The notes below the pieces were generated by a model, which did no database searches, had not been told where the DNA came from, and saw nothing but the letters and a program-made list of their open reading frames with translations. From Sedimentisphaerales bacterium (GTDB lineage: Bacteria; Planctomycetota; Phycisphaerae; Sedimentisphaerales; SM23-30), in NCBI GenBank assembly GCA_030634605.1, contig DAOWAK010000001.1:1-24259 (forward strand): a stretch of DNA of 24,259 nucleotides, in the 5' to 3' direction. This document shows positions 8,385-17,380 of the stretch, one piece after another; position 1 is the first letter of the stretch, and each line of letters begins with the position of its first letter. The translations under genes were made by a program, and so were the position numbers.

Positions 8385-11300
8385 TCATCCCAGAATCCAT
8401 CGCGTGCGAGCCAGATTGGCTATCAGATGATCTCCTACAGCATCGTTGATGCCGGTCGCAAAATCGGTAAAGCTGTTGTGGCTGCACTGAATCTTACGGA
8501 TGAAACCCTCGCCATTATTGGCTGTCAGTTTACCATATACTCTGTCGCCCACCAGCAGTTGATCGATATTGCCGTACAAACTGTTAATCCCGGCTTGGGC
8601 TGTTATATCGCCGCCGACCTTCACGGTACCGACCCTGCTGCCGGCTGTAATCTGACCAGCCAGATCACCGGTAACATTAAGCTGCATAATGAATGAATCG
8701 GCGTTAATGATGCCGGACAAATTTCCGGGGCTTTCCTCGGTCCCGGCATTGATTGAGCGAATTACCCCATCAACATCCAGAACAGTAATGTCAATGTCGC
8801 CACCCGCCGAAAGCGTATTCAGCAATCCGCGTCCCGAACCACTCACCGAAACTGAAGAGCTTTCGATATCACCGCCAACATTAACCGTTCGGATTGCACG
8901 ATAAGCCGACAGATTCGCAGTTAAATTTTCACCAACCGAGAGAGTTGACATCTGTCCCGTTTTCCCGCCGGCCACAAGATTACCTGCCAGGCTGCCGCCG
9001 ACATTAACACTTCGAATGGCCCCGGCAACATCAAGGTCAATATCAGCATCTTCTACAACATTAAGACTGCCAAAGCCGGCCCGGTTGCCGTCAATGTTGA
9101 AATCGCCGCCGACAAGATCACCACCAACATTAACCTTGCGAACCATAGCAGCGTTGACCGTCAGATTTTGCACGTCGCCGGCAACCTCCAGAGTCCCAAA
9201 GATCGCCCGACTGCCGCCAACATTAATAACGGTGTCGCTGACCGAGTCGGCCTGAATATTCTGAATAAGCCCGGCATTGATGGTGCTGTTGGTTATCGCC
9301 CCATTCACCACCAGGCGGTTAAGCAAGGACACTCGCTTGCCCTCAATATCAATCTCCGCGTTTTCAATGTCACCATTGATAACCACCGTCCGGAAACCGC
9401 CCGAAGCAATCTCGCCGCTGAGCCCGCCCGTGCTGAACGTGGAAACCGTCCCCGCCACCGACAAACCACCCAGGCTGCCACTGATATCAATTGTCCTGAT
9501 CCAGCCGTCGCTGTCCAGATTCCCGACCGAGCCATCAATTTCGATAGTGTTAAAGGAACCACCCGTGATGATGATCTCACCAATCTGAACCGCACCGTCG
9601 CCACCATCACTTTTAACCGTAATGGAAAGTGATCCTCTGCGGACCGCGTCCAGGTTGATAGTCTCGATGTGATAGCCGTTCTGGATATCACCGTCAAAAG
9701 TAACCTCGGCACTAGTGCCCCGGCCCAGTTGCAGTTCTATCTCGTCACCGTCAGCGTCAGTAAAGCTATAAGAATCGCCGCCGGAAATTTCCGCCGTATC
9801 CAACGCCAGGTATAACTGACTGATAAGGTCCAGCTCCATAACCGGATTGTCCGGATCGTTGCTGTTAATGATAAGGGTGTCGCTATAGCTGCCTAATTCA
9901 TCGCTGCTGAAAATTATCGTCGCCGATAACGCCTGACCCGCTGACAGCGTCAGCCCCTCAGCTGGAACACCTCCAATATTGAAAAATTCACCCGACGCCA
10001 ACGCTACCGAAGAAATTGTCAGATCGGCCGAGCCATGATTAACCAGATTAATCGCATAACCGGCTTGAGCCGTACCCGTTCCATCGGTCGTCAACACGCC
10101 AAAATCTATCAGCGGAATATCCGGATTGGCAATTTCGCCGTCATTCGGCGTAACATCCACCACCAGCTCCGGCTGCACCGCCGTCCCCGCCAAAGCTATG
10201 GTGAGATCGCCCTGATCGGGATCATTGCTCATCAGCGTCATAATCGCTTCATGCAAACCTCTCTGCTCCGGGGAGAACAACAGCGAAATATTCTGCTGAG
10301 CCCCGGGAGAAATTACGTAATTAACCGTGCTGCTGTTGAGCGACTGGCTGCTCATCGCCTGACTGTTCATCGCCTGACTGTTCATCGCCTGGCTGGTAAT
10401 TAATTCAAAAGCGTCGAAATCTCTCCCGCCGATCACTATCGAGTTAATGTTCAGCGGAGCCGATCCATTATTCCTGACCGCAAATGAAATCTGCCTGTTG
10501 CCCCTTACCGGAGTCTGTTCAAATTCCAGATCCGACACCGGCTGCGAATTGGCATCAACCAGCAAAATGTCCGGTTCAGTAATAATTTCAACTTCGTTTA
10601 TCGTAGCCGTCGCCGCGGCAATGTTGCTGAGATTGCCCGTGTCATCCACCGCCTGAGCGAAAATCTCCACCGGACCGACGGAAAAATCATCCGTCCCGCC
10701 GCTCCAACTCCAACCGTCACCACCATTGGTATCGCTGCCCAACAGCGTGTCAATCGCAACATTCAGACTGCCGTTGCCATCGGCGTCCGCGTAAAATTTA
10801 ACGGCCGTAACATTTCCAACCGTATCGCCGACCCCATTGGCCACCAGACTGATATCATCGCCCTGTTCAACTTCATCGGGATTGACCGTCACCGAACCTA
10901 TCGTTGGCATGGTATCCGCCGGCTCCACTGTAGCTGTAGCAGTTGCCGTGTCACTCCATTGCCCCTGATTATCTTGCGCCCGCACAAAATAACGGTTCGT
11001 CCCCACCGTTAGAGAGTTACTCGAACCATTCCAACTCCAGCCGCCGGCGCCGCTGGTATCGCTGCCCAGCAACGTGTCCAGATCGGCGTCCAGAGTCCCG
11101 TTATTGTTAGCATCCAGATAGAACTCCACCCGGTTGATACTGCCGTCGGAATCCAGAGGATTCTCCGCCGTTAAGGTGTAGCCCTGACCGATGATAATCG
11201 TACCCGGTTCAACAATCAGTCCATTAACCACCGGAGACTCATTGGGCAGAACCACTTCAACATCAACACTTGCGGTATTACTCCAGGCACCCTGATCATC

Positions 11301-13925
11301 ACGCGCCCGCGTGAAAAAGGTATTGACCCCGGCACTGATCGCTCCGTTAGTTCCGGCCCAACTCCAACCGCCGGCACTACTGGTGTCGCTGCCCAGCAAA
11401 GTGTCCAGCCCCGTTTCCAAAGTTCCATTATTGTTGGCGTCCAGGTAGAATTCAACCGCAGTCACACTGCCGTCACTATCCTGGGCCTGATTAGCCACCA
11501 GGTTGATTTCATCACCAATCGTAACCGGACCCACCGGACCACTCAGCGATCCGACACTGGGTGCGGAATTGGTTTGATCTGCTAAAACTTCAACAGTAGT
11601 GGTTACCACCGAACTCCACTGCCCAATATTATCCTGAGCCTGAGCAAAAAATCGCACCGTACCAGCATCCCAACCGGCACTGCTGCCGGCCCAGTCCCAG
11701 CCGTCACCGCCATTGTTGTCGCTACCCAAGGGTAAATCACTTCCCGGGTCATAAGTGTTGTTCTTGTTGCTGTCCAGGTAAAACTTAACCTGGACAACCG
11801 TACCGTCGGCATCATTAACATTATTCGCCGACAGGATGACATTACCACCCTGGTTAACCGACGACTCACTGCCCTCTATCGAACCAATGGTCGGCGGATT
11901 ATTAGGCGGCGCAACTACTCCGCTGCCGCTGACCGTATTGCTCCAGTCATTATCATTATCCCGCGCCCGGGCAAAATACAAATTGGTCCCCACCGGCAGA
12001 CTTCCCGACGCATCGGACCAAGACCAACCGGATGAACTGGAAACGTCCACGCCCAGCAGAGTATCAGAACCGATTTCCAGCGTTCCGTTACCATTGGTAT
12101 CCCGGTAGAATTCCACTCTGTTAACCGCACCATCCGAATCACTCACGCCTAGAGCACTTATCGTAACGTATTCAGGCTGATAAACCATAATCGGATTAAC
12201 CTGCAGAGCGCTGATGGTCGGTGCCACATTGGGCAGCGTATCGATATTTACCGACAAACCGGAACTGTTGTTATTTTCGTTTGATTCCATAACCACGTTG
12301 CCGCTGTCAGCTTTAATAATAATGTAATACTGCCCGTCAGCAAAGGATCCCTCCGCCGGCATGGTTATGGTAGTCGTCTGGTTGGTACTGGCGCCACTGG
12401 CCAGAGATGCCAATGAAATTGTCCTTAAAGTCGTGTCCCCCGCATCATAGTTAGCGTCGCCGGAGATTACTATCGTTGCGTTGAAATTGCCGCTGTTGGA
12501 TTGGCCGGTGTTTTGCGCCTGAAAATCAAATTGATAACTCTGGCCCCATTGGGCACTTGCTCCGCCGGTATCAAGATCAACATTACTAACCTGCAAATCA
12601 GCCGGCGGCACCGCGGAAGAAATCGAAATCATCGAGCTGGCCTGGCCCTGATCCGAAATCACCAGCACATAATAATCACCGTTCGGAACCACACCCTGCT
12701 CCGGCAGCGTCACACTCACATTCGACGACATATCAAAAAACGCCTGCCCGCCCGTCAGCGAGGTATTGCGCAAAACAATATCATTGCCGTCGTAAGTGGT
12801 GTCGGTGCTCAACACGATCGTCAGACCAACCGATTCCGGCTCGGCATAACCGGTTACCATTGCCGCCTGCGGATTAACAGCCAGATACCACATTCGCAGC
12901 TCGCCATTGTCCACTATTACGTCCGGCGCCAAAACCTGATGCGAATCAAACCCGCTCGCCGAAGGACTAACGATTGGATTGGGATTGATGTCCCAGGGGC
13001 CAAACGGCGAATCACTCTTAGCCACACCCAGCACCCGTTCTTCATCCTCCAGACCGGTGAAAAACAAATAAAACTTCCCGTCCGGACCAGCAACCAGCGA
13101 AGGCTCCGCCGCACTGCCGCTCATCCAGCTCGGTCCGTCACCGTAAGTCAAAATCGGTTCCGACCGCTTAGTCCAGTTAATCCCGTCTGAAGAAGTTGCC
13201 GCCAGCAGATGAACACCCATTGTCGATGGATTATTGCCCGTGTAGCTGTTACCTCAGTAAATCATCACATACTGGCCCTGATGCTCAATTATCGTCGGAC
13301 AATAAATCGCGTCATTATCATACCAGTTCGCCGTCGGCTCCAGGATAGGATCGTCACTGTAACGGGTAAAATTAACGCCATCGGTCGATTTCGCCAGGGC
13401 AAACTTGGCCGGGAAACCCTTGATCGGATTACCCTCATTCTCATAACCGGAATAATAAAGCCAGTATTCCCCACCTGTTTTCAGGATAAAACAACCTTCC
13501 AGATTCTCATCAAATTCTCCGTCCCGCCCTTGCATAACCATACCGTGAAATGGATTATTGTTGTGCACGTAATTCCAGTTGATCCCGTCACTGGAAATCG
13601 CCTCTGTAATAATCGTCCTGATGCTATTAACATCCAGCCCGGTGTTGAACATCCGATAAATATCGCCGTCCTTGATTACCGATGGATCCGCAGCAACCGA
13701 ATACTGTCCGGTAAACACCGCGTCGGAAAGCTTGTCCCACCCCTGCCAGCCGTTGTAAGAAATGTCCAGATCAACCGCATCGCCCCATTCGGGATTAACA
13801 TCATTGATATCCAGTTCCACAATCGGCTGGCCGCTTAGCATCAGCCGATTTTCCAGCTGTTCGAGTTGAATCCTGCTTTGCCCCCTGTGTTTGGAAACCA
13901 AATTATTTCTCTTTTGCGTTGCCAA
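8385..13925 (-). CDS. Giant planctomycete-type extracellular protein (~1846 codons: LEPR-XLL-like motif, GH32/43/130-like 5-bladed propeller, CARDB, 5 Ig-like repeats, 2 ASH/choice-of-anchor-D-like domains, beta-helix-like C-terminus) with one in-frame TGA at 13254-13256
   Basis: ORFs 13254..13955 and 8385..13220 share a frame (difference 735). Translation runs YVMIY*GNSYTGNNPSTMGVHLLAATSSDGINW. TTG 13925 has GGAG 6 nt upstream. 'IQLEQLENRLMLS' is the planctomycete motif. Blade motifs: YRMFNTG, YWLYYSG, YVMIY*G, FYLFFTG, LRMWYLA. CARDB: 'ADLQVS...YIIIKADSGNVVMESNENNN'. It may instead be a pseudogene or a sequence error. Confidence 0.8.
10342..10395 (-). repeat. 15-bp in-frame tandem repeat (SQAMN-SQAMN-SQAMS-SQSLN)
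   Basis: GCCTGACTGTTCATC x2 exact (10357-10386), plus degenerate units on each side. Confidence 0.9.
10595..12230 (-). repeat. Five tandem ~105-aa Ig-like repeats within the giant protein
   Basis: The pattern 'P.(I/V)..L.....D.DG.V..V(E/K)FY.D.(N/D).NG......D..LG.D.....GWSW........G....F.RA.D..G.WS' recurs 5 times. Boundaries are approximate. Confidence 0.9.
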
Positions 13926-14188
13926 AATATTCTCCTGCCCTTCTCTTTTTGCCAAAAACTTAAATAACCACAGTCCGTCTCATCCCGTCATCATGCCCCA
14001 AGCCCGGTGGTAACTACCTGATTTACCTCTCGGTAATCACCTGGATCGTTTTTGGCTGCCTCCATTAATTGCCGCGATTTACGCGACCTCACTCTCTTTT
14101 CTTTCCACACGCGCAGACTTTCAGGTCTGGGCCAATCAAAAAGGGGCCATAGTCTGCGGCGGGGGAAATTCGCTCCTAAATATAAGGT

Positions 14189-14233
14189 AAAAAATAAAAC
14201 CGCCCCGACCAAATGATCGAGACGGTTTTATTT
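14189..14233 (-). terminator. Rho-independent terminator, minus strand
   Basis: The minus strand reads AAATAAAACCGTCTCGATCA-TT-TGGTCGGGGCGGTTTTATTT followed by further Ts. Three G-U pairs work only on this strand. Confidence 0.8.
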
Positions 14234-14962
14234 GCTTTTATAAAAAAACTGTTTTACCTAATCCTTATCTTCACCCCCACTTACCAACACTCCTGCCCCC
14301 TGTATCAATTATTCCGACTGTATCAATAGATCAGCCATGTCCGATATTATTTTCCGCCCCACCGTTGCCCAGGAAAAACCACCCTGAACCACGCCCGATA
14401 ATCCGCGCAAAGCATTGAAATAAACATCCAAGATAATCAACCGAGAGACAGACCTGCAGCGATGGTAATCGACATCTTCTGTCTTTTTTTGGAACAGAAA
14501 TAAACACAAAAAACACCCCCAGAACCATCCTCTATCCAGATGTAGATGGTCCGTTACAGGTACCAACAATGAACACAGACAGCACCCCCTTATCATGATG
14601 CCCACTGTCCATTAATGAGGCCAAAAACGAGGCGCGACACCGCAAAATCGTCCATTAAGGTGGGTAAGATGTAACGATTATAACGAACCGAAAGTGAGAA
14701 AAGCGCATTTTTTAGTGCCAAAAGATGGCGAAAGTTGGGTGTTTTTGGCAGAAATTGAGTAGAAACTCACGTAAAGTTGGCAGTAATTCACCGTTTTTAA
14801 CAGTTTCAAAAATGGCAGTGTTCAAAATTGCCACACAATCTCGCCTGGCCGATTCATTACTCAGCTACGCTGCGAAGAGTTTTAATGAGCCTCATTCATA
14901 CCGGAAAACAAACTGAATCGGCAGACGATGGGATTGGATATGGGAAATACCCCCTTCAAAAA

Positions 14963-15034
<72 letters not shown>

Positions 15035-15158
15035 TAAGTGCTTTAATAGCAATCATATATACCGATTTGCCGCTGGTTTCTCGACTTTTTGAAGCGACCA
15101 GCGGAAGCGTCAAACTGCCCACCGAGACCGCGGCGTTATGCCCGTCGCGGCGAGCGAC

Positions 15159-15233
15159 TCGGGGCGACAGGACTTGAACCTGCGACCTCGTGACCCCCAG
15201 TCACGCGCGCTAGCCAAACTGCGCCACGCCCCG
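15159..15233 (-). tRNA. tRNA-Pro (anticodon GGG)
   Basis: CGGGGCG acceptor stem, anticodon arm CGTGA-CTGGGGG-TCACG, T-arm GGTTCAAGTCC, discriminator A. CCA is not encoded. Confidence 0.97.
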
Positions 15234-15276
15234 GACTTACAGCAATCACCTACCAACTGCCGTTCATCGGGTGGCT

Positions 15277-15305
15277 TTTATACCAGATTTCCCGCTATGG
15301 TTCAA
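15277..15305 (-). promoter_or_regulatory. sigma70 promoter for the tRNA-Pro/tRNA-Gly operon
   Basis: Minus strand TTGAAC, 17 bp, TATAAA, about 45 nt upstream of tRNA-Pro. Confidence 0.7.
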
Positions 15306-15440
15306 TGGCCTGGAAAAATATAAATCCGTTGCCAGCCCGGTTATTTATGTAATTCACTGACAGTTAACTATTTACCGCTAAATTGTCCACCTTGGTTTTG
15401 ATAACTATAGTCATTCAGATCGGGCACAAAAGATCCAGCC

Positions 15441-15470
15441 TTGACAGGAAACCCCATTTTCTTATATATT
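15441..15470 (+). promoter_or_regulatory. sigma70 promoter for tRNA-Cys (and probably the peptidase)
   Basis: TTGACA at 15441-15446, with TATATA (16-bp spacer) or TATATT (18-bp spacer). Confidence 0.65.
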
Positions 15471-15591
15471 TTCTTATATATCAAGGCTGATAGTGGATTT
15501 AGGCGAAATCGGCAATGCCAGGCAACTTGGTTTAGCTGCAATGGTTTTTGAAAATTACCGTAAAGGCTTGATAAAGAATGTGTTACATTAC

Positions 15592-15664
15592 GGCGGCGTG
15601 GCCAAGTGGACTAAGGCAGCGGATTGCAAATCCGCCATCGTGGGTTCGAATCCCACCGCCGCCT
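15592..15664 (+). tRNA. tRNA-Cys (anticodon GCA)
   Basis: GGCGGCG/CGCCGCC acceptor stem, anticodon arm GCGGA-TTGCAAA-TCCGC, T-arm GGGTTCGAATCCC, discriminator U. Confidence 0.97.
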
Positions 15665-15700
15665 GTTTCTTAACCTCCCATCTTTTAAGGAATTATAATC

Positions 15701-17380
15701 ATGAAAGCTATATTACTTACCAGTCTGAGCGTTTGTTTTTTGCTAATAATTGTCGGATGCGGCTTAAATCCTGCTGAAAAGCAGTTAAACAGCTTCATTA
15801 ACGGTCATGTTGCCAAGGTAGATCCGCTGACGCGGGAGAAGAATCTGGCTTTCTGGGAAGCAATGACTACGGGTAGCAAGGATGCTTATCAACAGTTAAG
15901 TCAGCTAGAACTGCAGATCAGCAAGATTTACAGCAATTCGGATGATTTTGAATATCTTAAACAAACAAAAGCGTCCGGCGAGGTTTCTGATGAGATGCTG
16001 GCTCGGCAGCTTGAGCTTCTGTATCTGAGGTATCTGCCCAAGCAGATTGAAGCCGATCTGCTCGAAGAACTGGTTCAACTAAACACGGAAGTTACCGAAA
16101 CTTACAATACCTATCGGAGTTCCATCGACGGCAAGAAAGTTACTCAAACCGAAATTTACAAAATAATGACGACGTCGAAAGATTCTGTGCTGCGGGAAAA
16201 AGCCTGGCGGGCGTCCAAGGAAGTTGGCGACGTGGTTATTGTCGAGTTGATCAGGTTGGTTAAGTTGCGTAACCAGGCAGCTAAATCAGTCGGTTACGAC
16301 AGTTATCATACCATGACTTTGGCGACTACCGAGCAGGATGTTAAGGTGTTGGACAATATATTTGCCGAGCTGGACGAGTTGACTCGACAACCTTACGCAG
16401 AGCTCAAGGGGGAACTGGATAAGATTCTGGCGGCGAATTATGGTATAGGGGCGGAGCAGATGGAGCCGTGGCATTATCATGATCCGTTTTTTCAACGTGG
16501 GCCGCTGGTTTATGATTGTGATTTTGATGCATATTACAAGAAGGTTGATATCAACGAATTAGCGAAAGTTTATTACGCTGGTATTAATCTGCCGATTGAC
16601 GACATTCTGGCCCGGAGTGATTTGTATGATCGGCCGGGCAAGGACCCTCATGCCTTTTGCGAAGATATCGACCGTCACGGGGATGTTCGGGTTCTCTGCA
16701 ATCTGGACAACACTGAGCGGTGGATGGAAACCCATCTCCATGAGCTGGGTCATGCTGTTTACTTTAAATATCACGACAGCGATTTTCCTTATCTGCTGCG
16801 GGAGCCGGCGCACAACTTTACGACCGAAGCGGTGGCGATGTTTTTTGGCAGATTGAGTCGCAACGCCGCCTGGATGAAACCTATGCTGAATCTTTCCGAC
16901 GAAGAGGCGGTTCGGGTTCAGGCGGTGGCGGCGCGTTATTTACGCGATCAGGAGATTATTTTCGCGCGGTGGGCTATGGTGATGTATCATTTCGAGAAGC
17001 AGCTTTACGCCAATCCGGACCAGGACCTGAACAACCTGTGGTGGGAACTGGTGGAGAAGTACCAGATGGTTAAGCGTCCGCCAGGGCCGATTGACGCGGG
17101 GTGGGCATCGAAGCTGCACTTTACTTTTGCCCCGTGCTATTATCACAATTACATGCTGGGCGAGTTGCTGGCATCGCAACTGCACTATCATATAGTTCAC
17201 GAAGTGCTCGGTCAGGAATCTGACCGGGACATCAGTTTTATCGGTAAGCCGCGTATAGGCAAATATATGCGAGAAAAAGTTTTTGGTCCCGGTACGATTC
17301 GCTCCTGGAATGATATGATAACCCGTGCCACCGGCGAGCCGCTCACCGCCCGCTTTTTCGCTGCGCAATTTGTTGATTAG
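15701..17380 (+). CDS. M2/M3-type (gluzincin) zinc metallopeptidase, predicted lipoprotein
   Basis: AAGGA RBS and lipobox 'IVGC'. HExxH motif 'HELGH' with downstream 'TEAVA' third ligand, plus 'WHYHDPFFQ', 'KLHF...YYHNY' and 'GEPL'. Confidence 0.9.
   Translation: MKAILLTSLSVCFLLIIVGCGLNPAEKQLNSFINGHVAKVDPLTREKNLAFWEAMTTGSKDAYQQLSQLELQISKIYSNSDDFEYLKQTKASGEVSDEMLARQLELLYLRYLPKQIEADLLEELVQLNTEVTETYNTYRSSIDGKKVTQTEIYKIMTTSKDSVLREKAWRASKEVGDVVIVELIRLVKLRNQAAKSVGYDSYHTMTLATTEQDVKVLDNIFAELDELTRQPYAELKGELDKILAANYGIGAEQMEPWHYHDPFFQRGPLVYDCDFDAYYKKVDINELAKVYYAGINLPIDDILARSDLYDRPGKDPHAFCEDIDRHGDVRVLCNLDNTERWMETHLHELGHAVYFKYHDSDFPYLLREPAHNFTTEAVAMFFGRLSRNAAWMKPMLNLSDEEAVRVQAVAARYLRDQEIIFARWAMVMYHFEKQLYANPDQDLNNLWWELVEKYQMVKRPPGPIDAGWASKLHFTFAPCYYHNYMLGELLASQLHYHIVHEVLGQESDRDISFIGKPRIGKYMREKVFGPGTIRSWNDMITRATGEPLTARFFAAQFVD

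Noticed and set aside
12501-13838. 229-aa and 209-aa plus-strand ORFs
   Set aside because: Antisense shadows of the giant gene, with Arg/His/Ile-rich non-protein-like composition.
1576-13955. Alternative genetic code (TAG or TGA reassigned) explaining both internal stops
   Set aside because: TAG ends three well-defined genes and TGA ends two, one just before a terminator. The two internal stops are different codons.
13991-14605. Short minus-strand ORFs of 73, 98 and 65 aa
   Set aside because: No recognisable motifs or convincing RBS; one overlaps the terminator hairpin. A small peptide cannot be fully excluded.
14705-14720. sigma54-like TGGCAC...TGC on the minus strand
   Set aside because: GG-to-GC spacing is one base longer than the strict -24/-12 requirement.
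14234-14960. CRISPR array, c-di-GMP riboswitch, tmRNA or RNase P RNA
   Set aside because: No regularly spaced 23-47-bp repeats anywhere in the window, and the diagnostic conserved motifs of these RNAs are absent.
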